This document shows positions 18,920 through 27,810 of a stretch of 64,000 bases of DNA, piece after piece; positions within the stretch are counted from its first letter, which is position 1; every line of letters starts with the position of its first letter. A program made the translations under genes and the position numbers. The stretch lies in sequence record NC_048173.1, one strand, 5' to 3'. A model generated the notes under the pieces. That model did no database searches, was not told the origin of the DNA, and was given only the letters and a program-made list of their open reading frames with translations.

Positions 18920-18940
18920 CGGATATATGTTATCAATGTG
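18920..18940 (+). promoter_or_regulatory. Early-promoter-like motif overlapping a start codon
   Basis: CGGATATATGTTATCAATGTG; lacks the upstream T-tract. Confidence 0.4.
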
Positions 18941-19448
18941 CATGGGGTGGTTTAGAAAGCGTCTCTATAAACGTCGTAGAGAGCAGCTGCTAGCCACGTT
19001 TCATAATAACAGTAACAATCTATACCTGCACGTGATTACTGGCTTAGAACTGCTTACAGAGCCGTTAGAATACAATTCTGAAAACTATGCCCCGTTGCCA
19101 TTATTTGGCCGGATTGACAGCAGCGTTGCGGACTTCAATATTCTGCAGCAACGGCTGGAATGGCACCTTGAAAACTTTGAACGTGTGATACGAGGAGGAG
19201 ATTATCACCCTATCCCTGATGCGTTATCGCGTCAGAAAGATTTACCCCTGCCACGTTGGAAAGACCAGTTCTTTCAGACAACCTCTTCTGATATAGTCCG
19301 TCAGCAGCTGGCAGTTATTAGACAACTTCTGGTTACGTACGAAGCTGTGTACTTCAATCGGCATAGTCGATCAGAAGAAGACGTGCTGTGGCGACAAACC
19401 CAACCCGTCTTACGAGAGTTAGAGATTATAGTGGAACACTTTCTCTAA
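18927..19448 (+). CDS. Hypothetical protein
   Basis: AAGGA RBS; start could instead be 18942. Confidence 0.75.
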   Translation: MLSMCMGWFRKRLYKRRREQLLATFHNNSNNLYLHVITGLELLTEPLEYNSENYAPLPLFGRIDSSVADFNILQQRLEWHLENFERVIRGGDYHPIPDALSRQKDLPLPRWKDQFFQTTSSDIVRQQLAVIRQLLVTYEAVYFNRHSRSEEDVLWRQTQPVLRELEIIVEHFL

Positions 19449-19480
19449 CAACACCGCCAACCTTGGAGCAAGGATGGAAA

Positions 19481-20302
19481 ATGGACGACTTACAAAACTC
19501 GATAGAAGCCGGGCCACCGCAAGACCCGCCTACAGGCCGATATCTACAGAAGTGTTTCTGGGATCTTAACGATACGTTAGTCATCACCCCAGCTATCTGG
19601 AAACGTCTCGTAAAGGAGTATGTGGAAGACGAGCGATTCGTCGGCAAGTCAACAGCGACTCCCGAAGAACGCATGTCTCGTCTCACCACCGCATTGAGTC
19701 GTGGTAGCATTAAGCACCTGCAACCTGATTTAACATGGAAGCGGTTTATTGAAGGCTTAGTGTTTCTCAAGATTCAGTCATTACGTGTCACGGCAACCGC
19801 GAAACGCGGAAACTGGGGCGAGTCAAAGACCGTCTCTGCAATCACCCGTCCGGAAACGGATCACCTGAGAGCAGTGAACAAAGAAGATGAAGAAGTCTCG
19901 ACCGAATCGGTGGGACGGACGCTGAATCGGTTCTTTGACAACCCGGATAAAACCGCGACTCGGGTCATGGAACACATCTTACTGAAATTGTTCTGGCAGT
20001 TCATTGCTGCGTACAAGATTGATAGCCGTCGGTGGAAGGAGTTGTTAATCGCTTATGTGAACAACCCGAAAAACTGTCCGCAAATTAAATCGCGCCGTAA
20101 CGATGCACGTCATAACCTTCAACAATCCATTCGTCGAACCAAGAAGTTAACATGGCGCTTCTTCCTGAAAGCTCTGCAGGCTATTGATGTCCGCGAGTTG
20201 AAGATGGCGTTTCTCTTTACCACCGAAAGCGGGAAAGAGATTGAGTGTTACTTCAAAATCGATTTGACGAAGCATACGTTTAAGAGTGGTAAAGATGAGT
20301 AA
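19481..20302 (+). CDS. Protein with two tandem homologous helical domains, possible DNA-binding protein
   Basis: Start ATG 19481; repeated pattern WK.L...YV ... LTW..F...L. Confidence 0.75.
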   Translation: MDDLQNSIEAGPPQDPPTGRYLQKCFWDLNDTLVITPAIWKRLVKEYVEDERFVGKSTATPEERMSRLTTALSRGSIKHLQPDLTWKRFIEGLVFLKIQSLRVTATAKRGNWGESKTVSAITRPETDHLRAVNKEDEEVSTESVGRTLNRFFDNPDKTATRVMEHILLKLFWQFIAAYKIDSRRWKELLIAYVNNPKNCPQIKSRRNDARHNLQQSIRRTKKLTWRFFLKALQAIDVRELKMAFLFTTESGKEIECYFKIDLTKHTFKSGKDE

Positions 20303-21497
20303 TACTGTTCAGCCTGACCCGCGGCTAGTACAGGCCATGACCGAACTGCAAGACTATCAGGACAAGCTCGGCGAACGTATTAAAGCCGCGTCTGTTCGTG
20401 GTGCCGGCAGCGGTACTGGCCCAACTACCCGACCCACCATCTTTGAAACTGACCCGAAAGGTTTACTGCCCGACTTAGACCCGCTGCTGCGCAAGGTAGC
20501 AACGCCGTTTGAGGGGATGGATAAACTCGGGGACAGCGTACTGAAGTATTTTGACCCCACTGGAAAGTTGGGGAGCTTTGCGAAGAAGGCGGTTAACGCT
20601 TTACCGAGCGAGTTAAAAGAGGCCGGTACCAAACTGGCCCGTGGCGACGTCGTCGACGCTGCAAAAGGTATTACGGGGCTTAACAACTTCCGCGATTTGA
20701 AAAGTCTGGTCACCACAAAAGACGGTTCCTTCGGTTTAGACTTCTCTTCAGTGAAAGGTCGCATCGAGAAATCGTTTGGACTGGGTGGTAATGGTTTAGG
20801 TGGACTCTCTCCGGACGTGCAGAACCTCATTGGCAAAGCCGCGAATGAAGTGATGGGCGAAGGGAGTATGGGGATGGTGTGGAATGAAGTCTTCACGGCG
20901 GTACAGGGAGCGGACTTTGCTTCTGTCTCCAGCGTGACGGACGTCATTAACCGCATCGCGAAACAGTCTGACCTCTGGGATGTGTTTGACCTTAGCGGTG
21001 CTGCAGCATTGATTTACGGCTTGTCCGATAAGCTTATCGAGTGGGATGCCCCCGATATGCTGGACGATGTGCTCGATAAAATCAAAGATGTGAATGCGCA
21101 GAAAGCAATGCTCGATGAGCTGGCTATCCGTGCGTCGGCATCCGGTTCATTGTCCTCGACGGAACATTACGTCAGTCGACTGGATGCGAACCGTAAAGCG
21201 GCCATTGCCGATTTGGTCATCACAAACATGATGCGCAGCGTCAGTTTCTGGGCCTCGGATTCTCGTGACACCTCGTATGCTGAATACGGGAGTCGTCTGA
21301 AGAAACTGTTTGATAGCCTCGATCCGAACTGGGATAAAGACCCCTACGACAACACCGGGCACAGCTGCTATTACTTCACCCTGATGAACGATACGGCGTA
21401 TCAGGCGTTCTTAACGACTGACAAACGTCCGTTCTGCGCCGTCTTCGGCATCGTTCGTAGAGAAGATGTGGACACCATCATCTCTAACAACTTTTAG
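20286..21497 (+). CDS. Putative virion structural protein
   Basis: 403-aa ORF with Gly-rich amphipathic central part, in a late-type operon. Confidence 0.65.
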   Translation: MVKMSNTVQPDPRLVQAMTELQDYQDKLGERIKAASVRGAGSGTGPTTRPTIFETDPKGLLPDLDPLLRKVATPFEGMDKLGDSVLKYFDPTGKLGSFAKKAVNALPSELKEAGTKLARGDVVDAAKGITGLNNFRDLKSLVTTKDGSFGLDFSSVKGRIEKSFGLGGNGLGGLSPDVQNLIGKAANEVMGEGSMGMVWNEVFTAVQGADFASVSSVTDVINRIAKQSDLWDVFDLSGAAALIYGLSDKLIEWDAPDMLDDVLDKIKDVNAQKAMLDELAIRASASGSLSSTEHYVSRLDANRKAAIADLVITNMMRSVSFWASDSRDTSYAEYGSRLKKLFDSLDPNWDKDPYDNTGHSCYYFTLMNDTAYQAFLTTDKRPFCAVFGIVRREDVDTIISNNF

Positions 21498-21508
21498 TGG
21501 GAACGAGT

Positions 21509-22525
21509 ATGACTACAATTGACCCGAAAGTAGTACCGTTAACACGCCTCGCAGGACTGTTGAGAGTGTTAACGCTGGGTACGCGCTACGACCAGTCTTG
21601 CCAAGGAGCCGGTAAAGAGAAAGTCATTGCCCGTATCAGACACGATATGCTGTTAGAGCAGGTGTTCCCGTCAAAGTTCGAAGTGGGGATGTCTGAGCTA
21701 ATGCTACTCGAGATTTATAAAACGGGGAAATACGACGCGACGTACGGCGTGGCAATGGCGCAACGTAACGGTTTAAATATACCGAAGGCGAATGCCAATG
21801 ACTACGACGTCACCAAATGCAGTGTGCGGTCACTGAGCCACCATCCCGGTCCTGTTCGTCACGACCGCGATACGGAATTCTTCATTCACATGCGCCGCAT
21901 CGGTGCCGTGCCTATTACGGGTGAGAAAGATGACGGTACTGACGGGGTCAACCATGTCAATATCTATTCGGACGGTCGCACCACAGTAGGTCGCCTGGCA
22001 AGTAATTTCAGTGAGGGTCCGTTTGACACACCCGACGGCACGTTCTTTACGCTCGAAGGCTACTACCACTGGCTGCGCATTCGTGACTGGACACTGGCCA
22101 CCAAATACGCTTTTAACATGGCAGATATGGAAGATACGTATCCGAGCCTACGGAAATTGCGGACCGTAACCGGTACAGAAGCAATTCGCTTAGGGCGCAT
22201 ACTCAAGTCCAACATCTACGGCGGTACGAAATACCGCACGGGGCCGTTCTCGAAAGAGTCGCTGGAGCGTTTTCGTTGGGCGTTGGCCGGAAAGTTACAC
22301 AAGCTGCGTTACAATAATGTGACACTGGGTAATTATTTGTCGATGATGGTGTATTGTGGTTTCACGTTGACGCACTATTACGTGTACAACGGTAAAGTGA
22401 AATACCCGGACTTCCGCGAATGGCTACCTAACTTATTGTCTGGCTTGTTGGAGCATATCGATCCCAATGATTCGGACTTCGATTTAGCCGCGCTACAAGC
22501 GAAAATAACTGAGGGTTCCGTATGA
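21509..22525 (+). CDS. NADAR (YbiA/T4 gp30.3-like) domain protein with N-terminal extension
   Basis: HVNIYS...GRLASNF..PF.TPDG.F.TLEGYYHWLR, EAIRLGR, WALAGKL. Confidence 0.7.
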   Translation: MTTIDPKVVPLTRLAGLLRVLTLGTRYDQSCQGAGKEKVIARIRHDMLLEQVFPSKFEVGMSELMLLEIYKTGKYDATYGVAMAQRNGLNIPKANANDYDVTKCSVRSLSHHPGPVRHDRDTEFFIHMRRIGAVPITGEKDDGTDGVNHVNIYSDGRTTVGRLASNFSEGPFDTPDGTFFTLEGYYHWLRIRDWTLATKYAFNMADMEDTYPSLRKLRTVTGTEAIRLGRILKSNIYGGTKYRTGPFSKESLERFRWALAGKLHKLRYNNVTLGNYLSMMVYCGFTLTHYYVYNGKVKYPDFREWLPNLLSGLLEHIDPNDSDFDLAALQAKITEGSV

Positions 22526-23190
22526 GTGGTTTCAGTCTGAATGCCCTGCTTCAAGGGCTGGACAAAGACAAGGAGTGGGGCCATCAACAGGCAGCTCAAG
22601 AATCAATCTCCACGGAGAAAGAGAAAGAGTATTGCATGTGGGTGAAGCCGACGTCTGCGGGTTGGCAGTGGCTGGGTGAGCAGCAAAGCACCCCGACACT
22701 CGACATCCTGATGCCTATTGAAGGTGCTCGTCGTCGTTGCCGTATTCGTCCGGATGGGGCACAGCTGACGTACAAGCAACGGGTGAACAACGAAACTGTG
22801 GAAGAGAACAGCGATGTCGGTTTTGCGATGGCGTTGTCGTTCTATGCTGACGGGTTTAACTCGCACCTGTTCCGCCGAATTCGTCTGGAAGCCAGTCCTG
22901 AACTGATGGGTCAAGGTGCAAAGCATTGGGACATCGATATTTTCCATATCGTACCCCAGCATCCTAACCTGCCGGACATTCAGGCGTTGAATGAGCTGTC
23001 TGACACTTTACGTCAAAGCACCGCGTACGGCGATTTAGTCAAAGTGGAGCTGGAGGTCGAGAAGTTCTTTACTGACAGTATCCGTGACCTGATTCCGTTT
23101 GAAGTGGAGGCAGTGTACTCCTCTCGTCCGAAAGACGAAGAGACGCAAGTGATGCTTGCCGATTACTGGGACAATGTCACCAGTATTTAA
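22522..23190 (+). CDS. CYTH (triphosphate tunnel metalloenzyme) domain protein
   Basis: EKEKEY (ExExK-like), RCRIR, LTYK, EENS, WDIDIF, VELEVE. Confidence 0.75.
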   Translation: MSGFSLNALLQGLDKDKEWGHQQAAQESISTEKEKEYCMWVKPTSAGWQWLGEQQSTPTLDILMPIEGARRRCRIRPDGAQLTYKQRVNNETVEENSDVGFAMALSFYADGFNSHLFRRIRLEASPELMGQGAKHWDIDIFHIVPQHPNLPDIQALNELSDTLRQSTAYGDLVKVELEVEKFFTDSIRDLIPFEVEAVYSSRPKDEETQVMLADYWDNVTSI

Positions 23191-23192
23191 TG

Positions 23193-23230
23193 AGCACCCA
23201 ACCCTTCGGGGTTGGGGCTTTCTATTTTTA
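23193..23230 (+). terminator. Intrinsic terminator
   Basis: CCCAACCC-TTCG-GGGTTGGG plus T-rich tail. Confidence 0.8.
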
Positions 23231-23244
23231 ACTGTGGAGTTTTC

Positions 23245-23616
23245 ATGAAGAAGATAAGTTGTAATAACCGTGCTGTGTTGGTTGACGGTAAGCCTCGCTA
23301 TGCGCCAAACGTATTAGGGCAACTGCATTTCTTTGAAGGGATTACCGAGGCGGTGATTATCGCGCCCGATAACCCGGACAATTTACTCAGTCCACCGATG
23401 ACAGATGCGAGCATCCAGCACGTCAGCTTTATCCGCATCACCGAAGGGGCACGTCTGGCCCTGCTGAACGATGTGGAAGAACTCCCAACCAACTGGCGGG
23501 AATTAACCGTACTCATTCTCCACCGCCGCAAATACGACGGGGTGGTTATTGATGAACTCTTTCGTGTCGAGTCCCGTGACCCCGTTGCGGATGACGACGA
23601 AGATGAGGAAGAGTAA
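23245..23616 (+). CDS. Hypothetical protein with acidic tail
   Basis: GGAG RBS before ATG 23245; ends DDDEDEEE. Confidence 0.7.
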   Translation: MKKISCNNRAVLVDGKPRYAPNVLGQLHFFEGITEAVIIAPDNPDNLLSPPMTDASIQHVSFIRITEGARLALLNDVEELPTNWRELTVLILHRRKYDGVVIDELFRVESRDPVADDDEDEEE

Positions 23617-23670
23617 TTTTTTAACGTCACACCCGTTAGTTATGTAAACCTTCCTGAGGTCCCAATTTAA

Positions 23671-23817
23671 ATGCGCAAAAAGTTCTGGCGGTCGGTTCTA
23701 ACCTTATTAGTTCTCCTGTCGATTATCGGCTACGGGTGTACTCTTGTACACTCGCTAATTTGGTCGGGTGTCGTACGAGCGTCTAACGTCAATTACTTCC
23801 GAGGATATGATGAATAA
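23671..23817 (+). CDS. 48-aa membrane peptide (not in ORF track)
   Basis: GAGG RBS; MRKKFWRSVLTLLVLLSIIGYGCTLVHSLIWSGVV...; overlaps the next start. Confidence 0.55.
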   Translation: MRKKFWRSVLTLLVLLSIIGYGCTLVHSLIWSGVVRASNVNYFRGYDE

Positions 23818-24268
23818 ATTCGATTTTACTGAAGACCACCGTTTGGTATTGAACGGGATGACCTCCGAACCGGTATCGGAAGAAATCGTCGCGATGTGTG
23901 AGCGTATCCGCCAGTTTGCGAAAGATCGCGAGTTCAAAATCATTCTGACCACCAACCCCTTGGCCCCGTTGCCAAAAGAAGTGGACGATCAGATTCTGAT
24001 GCCGATGTACGAGCCGTTGCCGTTGCGTGAAGCTGACTTTATCCTGACCATGGGTAACCTCACCAATGATATTGACGGACATTACGGGTTAACGTGTGTG
24101 AAGTCGCGCGTCCCCTCGACTGAGAAGTGGGAAGTGCGTGCAGACGGGCGCGAAGTATTAACTGGCCGTGACCTCGTGCTGTCTTACATTCCGGGCGAGA
24201 ACGAAGACCCGCGCACTTTCGTTACCTATTGGGGAGCCGGAGACAATGCCGAACAAACTGAAGATTGA
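23810..24268 (+). CDS. Hypothetical protein
   Basis: GAGGA RBS; start 23807 or 23810. Confidence 0.7.
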   Translation: MNKFDFTEDHRLVLNGMTSEPVSEEIVAMCERIRQFAKDREFKIILTTNPLAPLPKEVDDQILMPMYEPLPLREADFILTMGNLTNDIDGHYGLTCVKSRVPSTEKWEVRADGREVLTGRDLVLSYIPGENEDPRTFVTYWGAGDNAEQTED

Positions 24269-24644
24269 AAACGACCAGATCGTTATCAATGACAAACCCA
24301 TTGGTAATCTCGGCCTGGCCCGTTGGGTGCTGGACGAGTTAGGTAGCAAGTTCGAACACGACTTCTACTTGACAGTTATCGGCACCCCACCGACGAACGA
24401 GCACTGGAAAAACCGTCTGCCGGTGATGCGTCAAATCAACGAAGAACAATTCGTGACGCTGTACAAAGCCGCCACTATCCGCGGGTGGATTACTGACCCG
24501 GAAGTGGCTGCGCACCTTGCTATGGTCGCGCAAAAGGCTGTCCCGTTTGCACAGGGATCTGTTCCTGCCGGTGCAAACGATATGTTGTTGTGGGCTAACC
24601 ACGACATTGAAAACAAAACCACAACCTATTTTATCGTTTATTAA
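24246..24644 (+). CDS. Hypothetical protein
   Basis: GGAG RBS before ATG 24246. Confidence 0.7.
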   Translation: MPNKLKIENDQIVINDKPIGNLGLARWVLDELGSKFEHDFYLTVIGTPPTNEHWKNRLPVMRQINEEQFVTLYKAATIRGWITDPEVAAHLAMVAQKAVPFAQGSVPAGANDMLLWANHDIENKTTTYFIVY

Positions 24645-24653
24645 GGAAGCGTC

Positions 24654-25085
24654 ATGGAGCAGTCAATGCTAAACACCCTCGAGTACAGCGACGAAGACCT
24701 GTACGTTAATAATCTGACCATCGTGCTGGACAAACTCGACCCTGAATACCTCACTGGTCTGATAAAGCGCTTCCCTGAACCGGTGGCGATTGTGCAGTTA
24801 TCGCGTTTGGCCCAACTCCCTGTTGAAGGTGTGGTTGGTCAGCTTGAAGTGAAACCGATCGCCTCTTACGAAGCGTCCGGAATTGTGAACTCGTCCAGTG
24901 CTTATTCTCTGGTTGATGACCCATCAATCAAGAAAGTCGTCTGCAAAGAGCTCATCGGTTCCCCGCATGATATGGTGATGGCCGCACCACAGCCTCCTGC
25001 AGACTTTGATTACAAGAACGCGTTGTACATTGTCTTTACGGCGACAGACGCCGGAATCGAATACGCGTTAGCGTATTTTAAATAA
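24654..25085 (+). CDS. Hypothetical protein
   Basis: AAGGA RBS; followed by a terminator. Confidence 0.75.
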   Translation: MEQSMLNTLEYSDEDLYVNNLTIVLDKLDPEYLTGLIKRFPEPVAIVQLSRLAQLPVEGVVGQLEVKPIASYEASGIVNSSSAYSLVDDPSIKKVVCKELIGSPHDMVMAAPQPPADFDYKNALYIVFTATDAGIEYALAYFK

Positions 25086-25091
25086 CACAGT

Positions 25092-25117
25092 GGTGTCTCT
25101 TCGGGGACACCGTTTTT
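25092..25117 (+). terminator. Intrinsic terminator
   Basis: GGTGTCTC-TTCG-GGGACACC-GTTTTT. Confidence 0.8.
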
Positions 25118-25142
25118 AATTATTTTTCGTGAGGTATTCATC

Positions 25143-25526
25143 ATGTTGAAGAAACTCCTGGTCGTCATGTGTTTATCGCTGTTCAGTTTCTCTAGCCACG
25201 CGTTGGCGCTCTCGTTTAAAGAAGTGGCAAGTTGGCCTGAGCCCATGCGTCCGCAGTTTAAGACCGTCGTGGGAATGAACGACAACAAGGTTGCAATTCA
25301 GGCCGGTAGCTTTATGCTGATTCGCGCTTATGCTGGGGATGCTTGTCCTGCGGGGCAGTATTTCTTAGCGAACCTTGAACTGCGTACCGTCACCGCGGTG
25401 GAGATTGGCACCTGTGACGAAGAAGAACTTACCTTCGGCGTGAACAAAGCCAAAGGAACCACTACCAATAAATCGATTGATGTGTTTAGCCACGGTGACC
25501 TGGCTGCCCGCATCCCGGTCTATTGA
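25143..25526 (+). CDS. Small secreted/periplasmic protein
   Basis: Signal peptide MLKKLLVVMCLSLFSFSSHA; two Cys in the mature part; GAGG RBS. Confidence 0.75.
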   Translation: MLKKLLVVMCLSLFSFSSHALALSFKEVASWPEPMRPQFKTVVGMNDNKVAIQAGSFMLIRAYAGDACPAGQYFLANLELRTVTAVEIGTCDEEELTFGVNKAKGTTTNKSIDVFSHGDLAARIPVY

Positions 25527-25527
25527 T

Positions 25528-25578
25528 AAAAAAATAAAAGGTACACCCCCCATCGGGGGTGTATTCTTTTTTTTGTTT
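25528..25578. terminator. Bidirectional terminator
   Basis: A-tract, TACACCCCC/GGGGGTGTA stem, T-tract between convergent genes. Confidence 0.85.
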
Positions 25579-25579
25579 C

Positions 25580-27766
25580 TTACAGTCGAGACGGGCCGCC
25601 CATGAACGCTGCCACGATACGGGCAGGTGGGGTGTCCATTACGGCGTTGGTGATGTTACTCACTGACGCAGCAGACTTCCAGCTCATCAGCCATTTGTTC
25701 CAGTTCATGTTCAGCATCTCAATCCCTTTGGTACGCTGATGTAATGACGCACCACCCAACACCGCCATAAAGTCTGAGAACTTATTATCGTCATCAAACA
25801 CGGACGGGTCGGTTACCAGCGGCATGTGCATTACACGAGACAGGTCTTTAATGGTCACACTGATATCCACGCTCAACGGGATACCGTCTTTACGCCAACC
25901 CAAGTTACCTACCCCAAAGGTCATACTGACGTTGGTCACCATCGCGTTACGGAAGGCAAAGCGGCCACGGGAATAACATTCAAGGTAGAACGGGTGGATG
26001 TACGACTGTTTACCGGTCGACAGCGGGCAGACCGCAGCAATCCAGAACGCAATCGGGACGATGATTTCTTGGAACACGTCCAAGTCATTACCTGACCATG
26101 CGCGTAATGGGATGTTGAGCGTTAAGTCATCGCCGGAAGTATCCGAGGAATCCCACACTTCCGGGAAGTCGACCACCGACTGGCTGTAAAGCGCCGCCAG
26201 CCCGGTTAAGTGCAGCGTATCAAGTGCCCCACCTAACGCCGACTTCACCCCCTCAATTGCCCCATCGACAAAGTCCGCACCGGTTTTCCCGCCGGAGGTA
26301 TTGACGTCGAGACTACGGGCTGCCGAGGTCATGCTGTTGACTTTACCCGAGATTTCCGGTTCTTTGGTGGAGTTCGACCAACTACGCTGTGTGGTATCAC
26401 GTCCATCAATACGCCATGTAACCCACTGTGCGCCATCTTGCAGCTCAGACAAGGCTTGGGTACCGATTTGTGTTTTGAGCTTGTTGACGGCCTCTGCAGC
26501 GCCATCTACGAAGCTACCAAACAGGTCGCCCATGGATTTCCCGCCGGTTTCGTCGGCATACTTCGAAATCTCTTCGTCGGTCAGGCCACCGGTCGCCAGT
26601 TTCTCGACGCCACTGGTGGTCATCACCGGTTCAGGAGCTGTACCATCTGCAGAAGGGGTCTGCTGCTGCGTATAGTTCTGCCGCAACTGGTTCAGTGTCC
26701 CTTCGGCTTCGGCGGCTTTCGCATCGTCAATCCCTAAATAGCCGGCATTGGACTTGTGATACAGTTCCAAATCGGCCAACGAGACTTCGTACTTCTGCGC
26801 TGACTCACGCACCTGTTGGGTATAACGGGCATTACGGTAGAAACGCTCCAGCTTAGCCTCGACGTCTTCCGTGTTGCTACCGTCATTGTAAATCTGCTCC
26901 AGCATGCTCGCCTGATAGTTCGCCAGTGTCTGGTAGCGGTTAATCATCTTGTAGATGTCAAACTCACCACTCGACTTCCAGATACCCGGTAACATCCCGT
27001 ACAGGTCTTTACGGTCGTTGAAGTATTTGTTTTCTGGTTTGTCGATACCTTTCATCTGCGCTTGCTGACGTTTGTCATCGTACACGTTCCATTGACCTAA
27101 TGACTGAATAGGAACAAGGCGACGATACAACAGCTGGGTGTTGACGATGTTCTGTACCGCACGCAAGTACAAGTGCATCGTGGGCCGTACGTAGTAATAC
27201 TTCGACGACTGCTTGTTCAACACCATTTTGATGATGCGCGGGATAATCAGGATAGCGGCGAAAGCTACCGTTCCCGTGGCTGCCCAAATTGCTGCACCTG
27301 TCACCCACGAGGCGACGGTGCGAATGATACGGGTGTAATCACCGGTACGGGCCAAATATGCCAAGTTTGAATCGTACATGTTCGCAAAGAATGCCACGAC
27401 TCCGAGGTACTTCGGCTTACCGTATCGACAGTGAACGTAGAAGGCGTTCTCCTCAATCGACTCCTGATAATAGGTGCCCATGGTGTACGAGCCGACTTCC
27501 GCTTGTGCCTGAATCTTCTCTTGTTGGTCGCCGCGTGAATAGTTAAGCGGGTTAGCAAAAAGGCCACCTACAGAAGGGTCAGCAAAGCGAGTAAACTGCG
27601 GTGGCGCATTGAGCGCTTGGTTACCACCCATGGTCGTATCAGATGATGCGAAGTACGCTGAACTGTACATGCGCAAGTTACGTAACCGGTTGTCCCCCAT
27701 TTGCGGTGCCAACCCAAACACGGAACGCACCCAAGATTGGTCCGATAATCTTTCTGTGGTTGCCAT
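25580..27766 (-). CDS. Tail/baseplate protein (phiKZ gp182-like), possible tube-initiator-like C-terminus
   Basis: Directly downstream of the tape-measure gene; C-terminal AMVTNVSMTFG...G.PLSVDISVTIKDL resembles T4 gp48/gp54-type proteins. Confidence 0.65.
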   Translation of the reverse strand: MATTERLSDQSWVRSVFGLAPQMGDNRLRNLRMYSSAYFASSDTTMGGNQALNAPPQFTRFADPSVGGLFANPLNYSRGDQQEKIQAQAEVGSYTMGTYYQESIEENAFYVHCRYGKPKYLGVVAFFANMYDSNLAYLARTGDYTRIIRTVASWVTGAAIWAATGTVAFAAILIIPRIIKMVLNKQSSKYYYVRPTMHLYLRAVQNIVNTQLLYRRLVPIQSLGQWNVYDDKRQQAQMKGIDKPENKYFNDRKDLYGMLPGIWKSSGEFDIYKMINRYQTLANYQASMLEQIYNDGSNTEDVEAKLERFYRNARYTQQVRESAQKYEVSLADLELYHKSNAGYLGIDDAKAAEAEGTLNQLRQNYTQQQTPSADGTAPEPVMTTSGVEKLATGGLTDEEISKYADETGGKSMGDLFGSFVDGAAEAVNKLKTQIGTQALSELQDGAQWVTWRIDGRDTTQRSWSNSTKEPEISGKVNSMTSAARSLDVNTSGGKTGADFVDGAIEGVKSALGGALDTLHLTGLAALYSQSVVDFPEVWDSSDTSGDDLTLNIPLRAWSGNDLDVFQEIIVPIAFWIAAVCPLSTGKQSYIHPFYLECYSRGRFAFRNAMVTNVSMTFGVGNLGWRKDGIPLSVDISVTIKDLSRVMHMPLVTDPSVFDDDNKFSDFMAVLGGASLHQRTKGIEMLNMNWNKWLMSWKSAASVSNITNAVMDTPPARIVAAFMGGPSRL

Positions 27767-27783
27767 TTTAGACTCCAGTTAAA

Positions 27784-27803
27784 GGGGGAGGTTGCCCTCC
27801 CCC
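27784..27803 (-). other. GCAA-loop hairpin after the tape-measure gene
   Basis: GGGGGAGG-GCAA-CCTCCCCC on the minus strand with only a short U run. Confidence 0.65.
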
Positions 27804-27810
27804 ATGATTA

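Noticed and set aside
20357-20956. 199-aa minus-strand ORF
   Set aside because: Ser/Pro/Phe-rich mirror of the plus-strand structural gene.
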